Source: Vicugna vicugna (taxonomy: Eukaryota). Taken from it: a stretch of DNA of 64,000 nt. The notes beneath the pieces were generated by a model. The model saw nothing but the letters and a program-made list of their open reading frames with translations. It did not search any database and was not told the DNA's origin. A program made the position numbers and the translations under genes. The stretch lies in NCBI GenBank assembly GCA_013265495.1, contig MU057930.1, forward strand, positions 946,057 through 1,010,056, read 5' to 3'. Positions within the stretch are counted from its first letter, which is position 1. Each line of letters begins with the position of its first letter. Of this stretch, positions 25,740-39,700 are shown piece after piece.

Positions 25740-26560
25740 CCGCTGGGGAGCGATGGCGACGTTCGCGGTCTTGATTGCGGTGGCGGTTTCATGGGTGTCT
25801 ACGTCTGTGTAAATTCCTCGAAGTGCGCAGCTGAACTTTGTGTACCTTACTGCACAGGAGTCATCACGCAATACAGGTGTTTTTTAGAAAGTCCCATTGG
25901 ATGACAGTCGTGCGCCACACCTGGCCGTCTCTCTGCACCGAGCTTGGAAGCGACTGAGCGGCAGCGGCCGCGCGGCGGGACCACCCGGAGGGCGGGAGGG
26001 ACCCCGGCCGCGGCGCCGCCCCCTCGGCTTGATTGGCTGGCGTGGGGCGGGGCGGGGCGGGGCCTCCACCCGCGCGCGCGGCGCGTGCGCAGGTGCGGGC
26101 GGTCGCGCCTGCCCGGGACGTCGCGGCCCTAGGGCGGGGCGGCACGGCGCGCAGGGCCTCTGCACGGCGGCCCCTGCGGGCAGGCGGGGCGTGGGAAGCC
26201 CTCCTGCGCCTTCGCTGAGCCTTCCGGCTCCCGGGCGCCCTCCCTTGCCGGCGTCCTTGCTGCGCGCGCCGTTCCCTCCGGGACCAGGAGACCTTGCGTG
26301 CCCTGCTCAGCTCCTTCTGGAAGCTGGAGGTACGCAGGTAAGCTCACCCCCACCTCCCCAGTCTGGGAACCTGCCTGTTGGCCTTCTGCGGCCCTCCGCT
26401 GGCTCACCTGGCGTTGGGTTTCCCCGCACTGGTTGCCTCCCGTTGCTCGTGAAGACTTTGGGGTTTGCCTGCTGTGTCCCCATGAGCCCGCTGTCCCGGG
26501 GCTGGCCTTCTGGGGTCCGACCTCAGACACCCCAGGCCACCACCTTCCCTGCTTTTCAAA
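25740..26560 (+). promoter_or_regulatory. CpG-island promoter
   Basis: Dense CpG; inverted CCAAT (ATTGG 26032-26036); tandem GC boxes GGGGCGGGGCGGGGCGGGGC (about 26044-26063); GCGCGTGCGC NRF1-like site (26081-26090); strong donor downstream. Confidence 0.85.
26100..26337 (+). other. Putative non-coding first exon of an unidentified gene (start approximate)
   Basis: Ends at CAG|GTAAGC (GT at 26338) just downstream of the CCAAT/GC boxes; no ATG in the interval. Confidence 0.55.
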
Positions 26561-28539
26561 CGTGCAATATTTACTCAGTTGAACGACGGCTGTAATGATT
26601 TCTGTGGCCACTGCCCAGTCTTCCCCTCTCTTGATTTCTGTGTGCGTTTCCAGAACCCTCAACCCCGGTCTCCATCTCCCTCACGCCCTGAAAGTCACCG
26701 CTGCTTTGGTGTGCGTGTGTGTTTTTGTTTGTTTTTGTTTTTGTTTTGTTTTTTCCCTCTGTGCATGATGACTTTTCTGTTAAGATCATGCAACTGGGCT
26801 GGAAGGTTCCACTGCCACCCCCGCGCGGGAATTAGATCCGAGTTGGTCAACTGTACTGTTTCCTTTTGCAGCCGGGGCAAGGAGGTCCGAGGGCCTGGCA
26901 CGCCAAGTGCAGACTGGAGGCTGTCAGCATGTTAGGGGAGCTTGTTAGCAAGGCAGGGCCGCAGACGCGGGGAACCAGAATCCACGTCGCAAGGAGACCC
27001 CAGCTGACGGCCGTGAACCCTGCAAGGCGCTGATGCACGGCGTGGCGCTTTCAGGATGAACCGCTCCCACCTGGGACGAACTGTGACTCCCATCCTCACC
27101 CGTCACTACTTTTTTTCCAACTTCTTTACAGCCACTGATGTAAGTTTTTACAAACCTGTGTTGGGTGGGTCCCCCTAATTCAGACCCATGATTCTGCAGG
27201 AGCCGGGAGTCTCTCTTGGGCAAGACGGTTTCCACTATGTCATCAAACCAAAGGTTTATTCCTTCACGCTTTTGGCCATGATCTTACGTGGGCTTGGGTG
27301 AGAGGCAGCCTGAGGGGCCCAGATGGAGGAGTCCCCCCCCCCCGGCCGCCGCCGCCGCCGCCACCACGTTCAATAAATTCCAGGTGCTTAACGTGATGCT
27401 GGGGCGCAGTGGGTGACCATCCAGGCATCTGTTATCAGCATGTATTATGGACGGAGTGTTGAAAGTGGACCGGTGGGTGAACCTCGCTCCAGCCCACAGC
27501 TTGTGTGGCGGGTGGGGCCAGCAGGTCTGATCTGGACAGGAACAAACCCATCCCCGGGCCGTGAACTTGGAGACCCAGCTGGGCAGGTCCTGTTCATAGG
27601 CAATGTCATGGGAAGAGCCTGGGTTCTGGGATCCAAGCTGGGTCTCTGTGTGACCTTCAGTAACTTTAACCTCCGAGGCTCTTTGCAGGCAAATGAAAAT
27701 GCAGGTCCAGCGTTAGACGCTTCGATGAGTGGTAGTTACTGTCATGTTTATTATATGGCGGAGGCATGGACCTCAAGGCTGCTCCGGGTTCTCTGAATTC
27801 TGACTCAGTTGGTTGGAGGGTCGGGTAGCTGGTGTAACAACAGCTCGTGGTCCAGGATCTGGGCGTGCTCAGAGCACACTAGCTCGGTGAGGTTTATTGG
27901 AGACGGTGGGGACAGTGTTAACCTAACTGGCCAGCCCTAAAAAAAATCACCGGGAGGAGTGTGGCTGCACTGATCATCAGGAAGGCAGGATTCTGCATGG
28001 GGGCTGCTTTCAGGTCTGTGGCTTTGCCGAGCACGTTTAAAACCCTCTACATCGGCCTCTTCATCTGTCTCTCGGGGAGCTGGGTTAGATGCCCCTGCAG
28101 GGAACGGGCCGTGCAAGTTCCTCTGCATTTTCTTCCTAAAGTGGAACTGGGTGGGGATCGTGTGTGTCCCGAGATTAAGCAGGGTAACTTCCACGACCCC
28201 ACGTAGCCTCTGGAAGTGTGGCTGTTTAGACTTAACATAAAATTCAAGTGCACCCCACCCAGTAACCTGAGGTCTCCTGGCGGTCAGTGAGGGGGGTGCC
28301 GTGCTGATGAGGGAGGTGGACCCAGGCTGGATGCCAGAGTGGAGCCTCACATCCCTGCTCCTAAATATTTGGGAATTCAGAGTCTAGGAGCAACTGGACA
28401 AACAGGGACTGCTAAAACTCTTTTTTTTTTTTTGAACAGAAATCATACAGCTGATTTTTTAAACCTGACTTCTTAAGCCTGAAAGGAGATTGCACAGTTC
28501 TGTCTTTTTTTACCACCAACTCTTAGATGTATACCATCC

Positions 28540-29115
28540 TTTTTTTTTTAAATTGAACTATAGTTGATTTACAGTGTTTCAGATGTACAGCAAAGTGATT
28601 CAGTTATATATATTTTCTTCATATTGTTTTCTATTATGGTTTATCACATGATATTGAATATAGTTCCCTGTGCTATACAGGAGGACCCTGTTGTTTATCT
28701 GTTTTGTATATAGTTGTGTGTATATGCAAATCCTAAACTCCTGATTTATCCCTTCCCGCCCTCTTTCCCTTTTGGTAACCATGAGTTTGTTTTCTATGTC
28801 TGTGAGTGTATTTCTGCTTTTTAAATAGATTTATTTGCACCATATTTCACATTCCACGTGTAAGTGATATCATGTGATATTTGTCTTTTTCTGTCTGACT
28901 ACTTCACGTAGCATGATCATCTCCATGTCCATCCATGTTGCTGCAAATGGCATGATTTTATTCTTTTTCATGACTGAGTAGTATTCCACTCTATAAATAT
29001 ACCACAATTTCTTTATCCAGTCATCTGTCGATGGACATTTAGGTTGCCTCCATGTCTTGGCTATTTGTAAACAGTGCTGCTGTGAACATTGGGGTGCAGG
29101 TGTCTTTTCCAACTA
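28540..29115 (-). mobile_element. L1 fragment (ORF2 end plus 3' UTR)
   Basis: Minus ORF 28870-29112 ([24 protein letters not shown]) is the L1 ORF2p C-terminus; poly-T at the left end. Confidence 0.92.
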
Positions 29116-29696
29116 GAGGTTTTGTTCTTTTCAGGTTTTTTGGTTGTTATTTGCTGTCGATGTAAAACATTTTATAACATTTCACAACATTTTAAAAACA
29201 TGTAATGTATCACACCTAAAATCGCTGGACCGTATGTCCAGCACAAAATAAGTCCTCATTGGATAATATTTACTGTTCATACTAGAAAAGACCTTGAAAC
29301 TTTTCTGTCAATTCTCATTCCTATTTCCTGGGATGTCATGGTGGGAGGGTAAATTTTTCTCTGTTGCAGGAATAAAAATATATATATTTCAAAAAAAACC
29401 CTATGTAATGCAAATTGCCATTGATTATTTCACTCTGTCTCTCTCTGGCCAAGGAAGCTCTGTAAGTAAGTTGAAGTGTAAGTTAAGGGGAACTTCGGAT
29501 CACACTGAAATGTCTGCAAATAGCAGGAAAAAATAACGAGAGGGGAAACACAGCAGGGAACTCTGGTGAACAATGAAGGTGCCATGATGAAGTGACCAGA
29601 ATCACTGCACCAGAGCTCAGAAAATAATGGTACTGGGGGAGATAAAAATCCCTCGGAACTCAGAAAGAATTGTTTGGTTCCTGGTCCCAGGAAGGT

Positions 29697-29908
29697 TTCG
29701 GCTTTTGCTGTGAGCTTTGAAGGCGAATCCCAGGTTTCATGTGACAGGTAGCCAATGATGGCAAATCCCTGTGGACAAACGTGCACATACACACATTCGG
29801 CTTTTGCTGTGAGTGAGCTTTGCGAATCCCAGGTTTCATGTGACAGATAGGCAATCAAGGCAAATCCCTGTGGACAAACGTGCACACACACACACACACA
29901 CACACACG
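29697..29908. repeat. 99-bp tandem duplication ending in (CA)n
   Basis: ttcggcttttgctgtgag..gcgaatcccaggtttcatgtgacag..gcaaatccctgtggacaaacgtgcaca at 29697 and 29796. Confidence 0.9.
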
Positions 29909-29980
29909 ACTGGGACATGATGCTGTGCACCAGAAACTGACACATTGTAACTGACTATACTTCAATTAAAAAAAAAAAAA
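29909..29980 (+). mobile_element. L1 3'-terminal tail
   Basis: gactgggacatgatgctgtgcaccagaaactgacacattgtaactgactatacttcaatt plus poly-A. Confidence 0.85.
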
Positions 29981-30561
29981 GAATTCACCCCACGGCTCTC
30001 ATCTTTGAGAGAGTCAACGGGGAGGGCTCGTGTAACAAACTATTGACGTCGCCACGCCGGCCACACACGCGCATGTGGTGTGTAGGGAGGACCAGCGCCG
30101 GGGCTCTGATGCAAATGCCAGTAAAACTCATGATGGAGCGTTATTCAGGGCTGGGGATTTGCCCGCCTGCGCTGTTAACTGTAAACCACCAGAGCCTTGA
30201 GTGTCAGTGCCATGAATCAGTGACAAATGACAGCAGTGGAGACTCTTGTTTGCTCCCAAGCTTCTTGTAATAAAGGGCAGATGGAAATGCTCAGTGCGTT
30301 CACACGCACTGTGTTTGCCTCGGTGCAGGCGACTGTGTCTGAAATCTTGACACAGAGGGACGTGGCCCCGAAACTCGGTGACTCACTCCCAAACCAGAAA
30401 GGAGGATTCAGGTGCGGGAGCCGTAAAAGATGCAATTACTGTTCACAGGGATGTATCTCCTTTCAGAGATATTGTTGATTTGAGCACCTGCGTTGGTTTC
30501 CAGTTCAACCCAATTCATCAGAAGTACAGCAACAAAATTGTTTTTGTTTGAAGTATATATT

Positions 30562-31340
30562 GTTTTAATTGAAGTACAGTCAGTTTACAATGTTGTGTCA
30601 ATTTCTGGTGCACAGCACAGTGCTTCAGTCATACATGCACATACGTACATTTGTTTTCATACTCTTTTTCACCATAAGTTACTACGAGAGATTGAATAGA
30701 GTTCCCTTTGCTGTACAATATGAACTTGTTGTCTATCTATTTTATATACACTAGTTACTATCTGCAAATCTCGAAATTCCAATTTATCCCTTCCCACCCC
30801 CTTCTCCCCCTGGTAACCATAAGTTTGTTTCCTATGTCTGTGAGAATGTTTCTATTTTGTAAATAAATTCATCTCTCTCTTTTTTTTTTTTGATTCCACA
30901 TATAAGTGATCTCATATGGTATTTTTCTTTCTTTCTGGCTTACTTCACTTAGAATGACATTCTCCAGGGCCATCCATGTTGCTGCAAATGGTGTTATGTT
31001 ATTATTTTTTATGGCTGACTAGTATTCCATTGTATAAATATACCACACCTTCTTTATCCAGTCATCTGTTGATGGACATTTAGGCTGTTTCCATGTCTTG
31101 GCTGCTGTAAATAGTGCTGCTGTGAACATTGGGGTGTGTGTATGTTTTTAAATTAAGGTTCCTTCTGAATATATGCCCAGGAGCGGGATTCCTGGGTCAT
31201 ATGGTAAGTCTGTTTTTAGTTTTTTGAGGAATCTCCATACTGTTCTCCACAGTGGCTGCACCAAACTGCATTCCCACCAGCAGTGTTGGAGGGTCCCCTT
31301 TTCTCCACAGCCTCTCCAGCATTTGTTGTTTTCTGACCAT
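30562..31340 (-). mobile_element. L1 fragment (ORF2 end plus 3' UTR)
   Basis: catccatgttgctgcaaatgg..ccaggagcgggattcctgggtcatatggtaag..cacagcctctccagcattt; similar to the 58-kb copy. Confidence 0.92.
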
Positions 31341-32589
31341 TTTAATATTCATTCCTTCTATCATTAGTGAAATGTGGTAGTTTTGCTTAATTTTTATATA
31401 TTAAAGCTATTAGTAAGGATTTAAAGTGTGATCACCTTGAAATGTATTTAAAATACCTATTTTGCTTTTCCTGAGGTGTAACACTGATTTTTTTTTTCAC
31501 CTGGGGATGAGAATAATTTGCCTGTTCCATATTCCCTATTCTCTGAAGGGCAATGTATCTAGAAAGTTTCTGCTGGTTTGCTTTGTCTGGTCCTGATCTC
31601 TACAGGGAGATCTCACAGTCCACAGTGAACCTCCAGAAGTCCAGATTACCTGGGGGGGAAAAAAATAAACCAAAGAGGCCGACAGTAAAATCACCCTGTG
31701 ATTCTGGTTGTGGAAACAACTGAACAGAAAAAAAAAATTTTCTTTTATAACTGAATTTTGTTTTTCTGGTTCACAGTTTTCCATGCACCGAAGTCTTTGT
31801 GCGAAGCGGTGTTCACATCACGAATTGAACAGGATTTTGGAGAAACCTGACTATCGTGCCGTCAGCAGAGAGTTTCACGAATCGCAAACTTGACTGAGAC
31901 ATCGAAGCCACTTAAAAAGCCCATTTTCAAAGGATGGATGGCACTGAGTCTCAGAGGTTAGTAACATCAAACAGAAGTCAACGCTGGCTTCTGTGTTCCC
32001 TGAGCTAGGACTGCAACAACACTTATTTTCTTGACAAAGGAATGAAAATGAGTCTGACTCAAGGTCCTGGATGCACCTGCCCCCGTAGCACAAAATGCAT
32101 ATTTGCTTGAGAAAGATAATACACTCCATCATAAGTGTGCAACCAGCAAACGTAGGATGTTGAAAATCTACAGGCAAAAATACTTCTGGACCGTCAACAG
32201 ATACAAAAAAGGAAAAGAAAAAGACAGGGAGTCGATACATCAAAAGAAACTTAAAAGGCACGAAGTTTTTTTTTAATGGGCAAAATTAAACTCTAGGATC
32301 TATGGCTACACACATGGGTTTGAAGATGAAAGCAAGGAAGTGACTGGTATTGAAGTCAGGGTAGTAATTAGTTTTGGAGGCAAGAAAGGACCTGACGTAT
32401 GTGACGCATGGAGTACCTTTGGGGCAGGTGGAAAAGTTCTGCCCTCATCCCATTACAAGAGTGTTTGCCTTTTAATAATTCATTCAGCTTTGGGGGGGAA
32501 AAAGACCCCTTTTCCTTATAAAGACTGAATTTTCCATACATGCTGATAAAAGTGACAGTGTAGGTATGCATTTGCAAAACGATATTTTG

Positions 32590-32790
32590 GATTTGCAAAT
32601 ACTAACTGCTATATATAAAAACAGAGAAAAAACAAATTTCTTCTGTGTAGCACAGGGAACTCTCTTCAGCATCTTGTACTAACCTATAATGAGAAAGCAC
32701 ATGAGAGTGAATATATGCATGACTGGGACCTGATACTGGACACCGGAAATTGGCACATGGTAGCCGACTGTCCTTCAGTCAAAAACAAAA
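32590..32790 (+). mobile_element. L1 3'-terminal fragment
   Basis: tgtgtagcacagggaact..gcatgactgggac..caccggaaattggcaca; ATATTTTG on both sides. Confidence 0.75.
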
Positions 32791-33121
32791 TAATATTTTG
32801 CAGGGGCGCAGAAAGTACCACAGGATACTAAATCCCAGACTTTGGTTCCACAGGAGTAGCCCGAAGTTTTGCACAGAATTTCTCCCAAATTTAAACAATT
32901 TCGTTGGTCTGTAACATTCATTTTGGCCATTTAAAAAGGCAAGACCTTGCACTCAGGCATTTCTACATTAAATTCCTTATGTCTTTACCCACCATCAAGC
33001 GTGATTCTCTAGGGAAAAATACTGTGAAAATGATTTCAGACGTTCGATATTCAAATTCTAGAAATTCTGCATTGATTTTTTTTTCTTTCTGTGTATGTTG
33101 AATACTTTGTCATTTATTCAG

Positions 33122-33157
33122 GAAAGCTACTTTCCTATCTTCAGGAGTTCATTCTAA
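33122..33157 (+). other. Candidate 36-nt exon
   Basis: T-rich tract ending tttattcag, then TAA|GTGAGT donor. Confidence 0.3.
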
Positions 33158-33412
33158 GTGAGTACCTTTCAGATATTAATTGTTAAAAATGCCAAGATTC
33201 ATTAGGTTTTTTTCTTTTTTGTAATTTAAAATCTTTTGTTTGCTTAAGGACAAGGATAAATCCATTCTTTGTTTAAAAGATAATTGTATCTTTGTGTCAT
33301 TTTCCAAGAGCGTCAAACAGCCAGAGTAGCTTGGTTTATTCATCACTTTCTTGGTAATGAATGTCTACAAACTGAATCTGGTTATAGCCCCATTTGGCAG
33401 TGTTTTGGTGTG

Positions 33413-33530
33413 CTTTTTTTTTTGTTTTTTCTTTTTTCTTCTTTTTTTCTTTTTCTTTTTTCCTTTTTTTCTTTTTTCATTTTTTCTTTTTCTTTTTTTC
33501 CCCTTTTTTTCCTTTTCCTTTTTTTTTTGT
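33413..33530. repeat. (TTTTTC)n low complexity
   Basis: Direct reading. Confidence 0.9.
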
Positions 33531-36500
33531 GTGTGCATTTTCTTAACACGCTAATAACATGGGCAGTTTTATCTGGAAGCAGGGTTAGAAACAAAAGAAC
33601 CAGGTCAATGTTTGAGTCACTGAAATGTATTTCTTGGAGATCATACCCAGTTATTGCAGACTTTGAAATTTACTACATCGAGTCTTGAAAGAGATAAGGA
33701 GCCGTGTGAATTTTAAAACGCGGTTAATTTTCTGTTGTACCCAAGCAAAGTGTGTAACTTGCACGTTTCTCTGGATGCTTGAGATCTTCAGCTGTCGCTT
33801 CACGGTCCAGATGTGTGTAGAGCACAGAGTTCATGTCCGCAAGGGGCGTGCGTATGTGTGTATGTGTGTTTGTGCGTGACTTACAGATTCCATGGACAGT
33901 ATTTTTTTCCCCATACACCTTACATTTTTAATCAGTCAAGCTTCCTTACCACTTATTTTCATAACAAGATGCGACTGAAGAATGGGAGGAAGTTATCAGT
34001 TTGTAACATGATGTATTGGAAAGGTGATTTTTTTTTTTTTTTAAGGAGCAAATGACTTAAGGTCACGTGGAAAGGTTCTTTGTCTTACTGACCGTTGTTT
34101 CTGTACGCAAATCCGTCACTGTCCTTTCATGTAATAGGATGAGAGGCCATTTTCTTCTTTCAAAATGGGAGTTAAATGATATGGAAGCAAACATGTCGAC
34201 TTTTTCATTCCATCGTACGGATTGTCTGATTACCCTCTTTGTCCCTGAAAATGTGTGGTTGGCTTTGTCCCCTGGCCGAAGGGATTCTGGAAAATTCACT
34301 GCTGTTGCATGCTCCAGTTTATCTACGCGATGCAGTCACTCTGTTTTTCTTCTTTTATTGGTGTGGGGTGAGCTTTTCTTGACCCACTATCAAGTCCCTG
34401 TGCTAACGTCAGCATGGTACTGACTTACGAACAGCTGGAGAGAGTGATTTTTTAAAAAGTGGGGGAAAAGCAATTAAGAAACAAGATTCTGAAACATTTG
34501 CATATGGGATTGAGGAGAATGCTTGTGGTTCAGTGAGGTGAGCCAGAACTGCATTATTTCATCCATGGGCTCAGGACAGCCGTCTCTACTGCCAGAAGAT
34601 GACATTGGATCTCCGTCTTATGCGTGCGCGTGATTAACTTGCAAGGTGAGATTAGAGACTTTGATGTCAACCATGAAAGGTAATGAAGAAAAAAGAAAAG
34701 ATGGTTAACGTAGGTGCAGGGAGATTCAGAGTGGAATCACTATTGTTTAAAGAAGTAGTTTTAACAGAAGAGATGAGTGTGCTTACTATAAAAACTGTCC
34801 AGCAAAAGGTCACATAAGAATTCTCAGTAGATTTATGGCAGTATTAATATACGGACAGCTATGAATATCAGAGACAGACACAGAGGTCTTTCCGAGAAAG
34901 CAAAGCAGGGTGACAAACCCCGAAAGGTAAAGCAGCCAAGTAGGAAATTCATAGGAATTCAGGTGCGAATGGCAAGAGAATTGGCGGAAAGGAAATTCAA
35001 CAGGGACCCTGGGTGCTGTGTGCTTCGAAAGTGCAACCTATTTAACATGGTTCCATGCACGGTGGTCTGTCGACCTAATGGGATCCGATGCAGCGTTAAT
35101 CGGAGGAATAGCATTATTCCAGGTGAGGCCAAGGATTTGCATCTGTTTTAGGGGTGGGAATGAGCAATATGCAGGAAACAAACAAACAAACAAAAAAAGC
35201 ACTGCACTGATCCTGATGGTATAAAACCGTGACAGCCACCATACATGCATACTGTTATAATGTTCTTTATGCAGAATGCGTGTGCATGTCAATCTGCGTG
35301 TGTATATGTGTGCAGCTGTGCGTGTATCAGTCCGTGTTTAATCTGAGTGCGTTTGAGTGCGTGCATGTATACACATAACACTCGACATGATATTAAGTAA
35401 TAATTGGATATCGCATTCATGTAGCTTTTTAGTTGGTGAGATTTCTTTCTTCGGCTCCACACGCGTGGACACCCGGTGGTCAGTTCTAAAGCTGGTTTCT
35501 CGCAGCTGGTGAGTCACCAGTGACCATGGGTCATTGGTGGCCAAGGGCAACGAACAGGGTCTGATCTGGAGTGAGGTCACCTGACTCCCAAATCAGACTT
35601 GAGAGGATTGACTGGGAGGGAGGTGCAAACTCTCCTCCTTTGGGACATCAGGAGTTAGGGTGTCATTTCTCGTCCAGTATTAATAATTAGGAAGGTCCAA
35701 TTTGCACAGTGTCTGGAGGATCAACAGGAAGATGGTGGAATATTGGAAACCATTCCAGGTCATAAAGTATTCACATTATCTTTTGGGAGTAAAATAGCAT
35801 TTCAAGACATCCCTTTGCAGGTAAATAAATGGTCACCCTTGGTGGGTGGTGACCAGGGACCTCGCTGGTAGGTGAGAATTCCCGAGTGTCTCTTAACTTG
35901 CCTGGTAAGTTTTATTCAAGCACGATGCAGGGAAATAAAAACAGTGAAAAACTTTGTTTTCTGAAAGTGACATTCCACTAAGAAAAGCAGCATTTTCCAG
36001 GAGAAGAGCTTCAGTGCTGTGGTTTGCATTCCGAGAGAACCATAAACGCATTTCTCGATCTTCCACCGGAGGCTGGCTTCTGTGCGTCATCTTCCTTCAG
36101 TTTCCATTAAGAAGCAGTGGAAATGCTTAACATTTGAACATAGTGAATGAAAAGCCTTTTCCATTCTATGGTGATGGACTCTCGGCTTTTAAATGCTGAC
36201 CCCCTGCAATTTAACATTCAGTATTTGACCCTGTGTGAAAGGATGAAAACGTTAAATGTGTGAAACATCTATAACCCTGAAAGGCATGGGAAATATCGTG
36301 TTACTAAGAAAGGTTTCCAAAGGCTGGTTGACTCCTAAAGTATATAAAAATGTGTGAAAAGTAGACAACATAATACGAATTCTACTTAACAAATTTTAAG
36401 TCTTAGAATCTAAACTGTTTAATTTGGAACTTGCAGTTTTTGTTTTTAAAAATGAAGTCTAATCTGCAGCTTAACATGTACCTCGTGGCTAAAATAAGGA

Positions 36501-36724
36501 ATGATAATCAAAATTCAAGTGCACTGTATAGAACCACATAATATGTATATAAATATATAGTATATTGAAATATATGCATTATATATTCATGTATATTAAG
36601 CATATAATATACATGACATATTATGTGTAATGCATGCATTAAATATATATTCTATAGTATATTGAACTATTAATAGTATTAAATATGTATTGTTTCTATA
36701 AATAATAGTATTAAATAGAGTATA

Positions 36725-39700
36725 AGAAGAAACTATAATATATACTTAGTATATAGTCTGTGTATTAACATTATATATAATATGTTAATATCATTTATAG
36801 ATAGCATATATTTTTAAAAATTATATTTATATATAATTCTTTACATAGTATATATAAGAGATATGTTGTACATCTATAAGGAATATGTATAGGACTGTAT
36901 ACAAAATAGAACTTAAAAATATTGAAATCTTACAGATACAGTCCTGTGTCTTCTATATGGAAGCTGAATATGGAAGAACTAAATATGTAAATTGTGATTG
37001 AAAACCTATCGCGTGATGCTGTTCCATGCTTGTTCGGGTCACGAGCCGCACTCTGGAGAGAGGAGACAAGGGAGTGAGCTCATGGTAGGCCCTGCTGGGA
37101 AATGATGTGTTTAACTCTACCGTCTTCTGCAGCGGGGGCTACCACGCTTTTCTGTAAAGAGCCTGGTGGCCAATCTTCTAGGCGTCACAGCGTAGGAGGG
37201 CAGACGCTGGCTGCCACGCAGGTGCCTGTGTAACCACTTACAGGGTAGCTATGAGTACGTGTGAAAGCTGCTTCTAGGTACAGCTGGTCCTGCCCTCCCT
37301 CTGAGAGGAAGCGTTTGCAAAATGAGTGGGGCTTTTTTCCCCAGTCACTTTCCTGCAGCTCAGATCCTTCCGTACGTTGAGGGAATGTCTTTCTTGGAGA
37401 CAGCAAGGCTGCAACCCCCAGACGGCTGGGGCATTTGATTGCAGGGACACGTGTGGATACTTTTCGGGGGGCGTGAGAGGCGTCGGTCGTGAGAACAGAT
37501 ATCAGGGAGGCGGTTACACTCTGCCGGAGGCAGCAGCCCTGGGCCCCTCGCGACACGGGTGCCCGGGAGTCTGCTGTGAAGCCCACGTGTTTATCTGCTG
37601 GCTTGTGTTTGGGACGCCGGAGAGCACGGCGGGGCTGCGCCCCACGCTAGGGACCTGTCTGTCCAGCTGTGTGAGCTGAATTGCACAAAGGGACTTCGAA
37701 GCATGAACCACTGTTAAAAATATTCTTGTGTCTCTGTCCTGTCTCTCTGCAATTGTCTAATTTTCTCACTCATTTTTGTCTTTAACCGAAGAGGTAAGGC
37801 TCTCTCCCCCAGGAGCTCTGAGCAGTACATAACCTCACACGAGCACACTTCTGTTTTTCTCGGTCCCTAAGGTATGAAAGGAGATTTCCCAGAGGAGAGA
37901 AGACTTAATTTTGGAGACTCAGACGGTCAAAGGGTTTCAGCCAAGGCGGCGGCACAGGTGAAGTCATGCATTTGGAGGCTTCATGTCCTTCAGTGAGAGT
38001 CACGGACACATCCTGAGATGGGAGAGACGTGAGCACTGGGGGCAGGTTTGAGCGCGCGGGTCCTGGTGGCCAGCAAGGTCTCGGTGAGAACTTTCTGAAT
38101 CCGTTGACGAACTACCAATCGGTCCGCCAGCGCAGGACTAGGTAAGGCACGGGAACCTAATCTCACACGGGAACGTGGATTCTAGCAGGGAAATGCATAT
38201 GTGGATTTTTTGGTGGCGTCATTTTGGCGGCATGAACTGGCTTCTGGAAGCTTGTGTAGTCGCCTTGGTGGGAAGTAGGAAGCTCTGCATTTTGGCACCG
38301 CTTGGGGGAAAGAGAGGACAGAATGACTGGAAAAGGCTCTAGGACGGTATTGACTTCCTAGCGATGCTATTATGAGGCACCAAAAATGGGGTGGCTTAAA
38401 ACAACAGGAATGTATTAAACCATCATTCTGGACGTGAGACGCCCCAAATCAAGGAATGGTCCCTTTGAAACCTGTCCAGAAGGAGTCTCTGTTGCTTCTT
38501 GTTCCCTGGCTTGTGACCGCATCCTTGACACAGGAAAAATGGACATGGAGCGTGAGGAGGGCCACGTCCCGGGTCTTGGTTGAGACCATGGGACGTGCCC
38601 TGCCAAGCGTGGGGCCTTGGCTTTGCGCAGGAAAGAATTCAAGAGCGAGCCACAGTCGAGTAAAGACTGATTTATTCGGAGAGATGCACACCGCATAGCG
38701 TGTAGGCTGTTCCAGAAGGCAAGGCAAAGGAGATGAGGTGTGGCGGCTGGGGGCTCAGGTTAAAGTAAAAGCAGGCACACACTCATAGACGGAGTGCGGG
38801 CCGTCTCCGAAGGCGAGGGAGCTGGAGAGAGGCGGCCGCGAGGCTCGCTGTTGCCGGTTTTTATGGGCTCGCTAGCTTCCCAGGCCAACAAGTGGGAGGG
38901 CCATTCCGACGTCCCCAGGGAAGGGGCTGGGATGCCCAGGAACTGGGCCACCACGCTCTCTTTGAGCTTTTATGCTCAGCCTCGAAGCCGCCGTGGCACC
39001 GGTGGGAGTGTCATTTACCACATTAATATATTACGGTGAGTGTGTATGAAGCTCAAGGTCGACTGGAGGTCAACTCTCCCGCCGTCTTAATCCGCAAAGC
39101 CAACCGGGAGTTGGCTCTTGCGCCATTTTGGTGTTAACTGCTGTCACTCCTTGAATGGCTGTGCCCTGCCCCCTTAGAAGAAACTATAATATATACTTAG
39201 TATATAGTCTGTGTATTAACATTATATATAATATGTTAATATCATTTATAGATAGCATATATTTTTAAAAATTATATTTATATATAATTCTTTACATAGT
39301 ATATATAAGAGATATGTTGTACATCTATAAGGAATATGTATAGGACTGTATACAAAATAGAACTTAAAAATATTGAAATCTTACAGATACAGTCCTGTGT
39401 CTTCTATATGGAAGCTGAATATGGAAGAACTAAATATGTAAATTGTGATTGAAAACCTATCGCGTGATGCTGTTCCATGCTTGTTCGGGTCACGAGCCGC
39501 ACTCTGGAGAGAGGAGACAAGGGAGTGAGCTCATGGTAGGCCCTGCTGGGAAATGATGTGTTTAACTCTACCGTCTTCTGCAGCGGGGGCTACCACGCTT
39601 TTCTGTAAAGAGCCTGGTGGCCAATCTTCTAGGCGTCACAGCGTAGGAGGGCAGACGCTGGCTGCCACGCAGGTGCCTGTGTAACCACTTACAGGGTAGC

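Noticed and set aside
25897..26595. 232-aa ORF and overlapping ORFs in the CpG island
   Set aside because: Stop-poor GC-rich sequence gives Gly/Arg/Pro/Ala low complexity; the ORF crosses promoter motifs and the splice donor.
29430..29945. 171-aa minus ORF with an internal repeat
   Set aside because: Starts in an L1 tail and reads through (TG)n and the 99-bp duplication; not protein-like.
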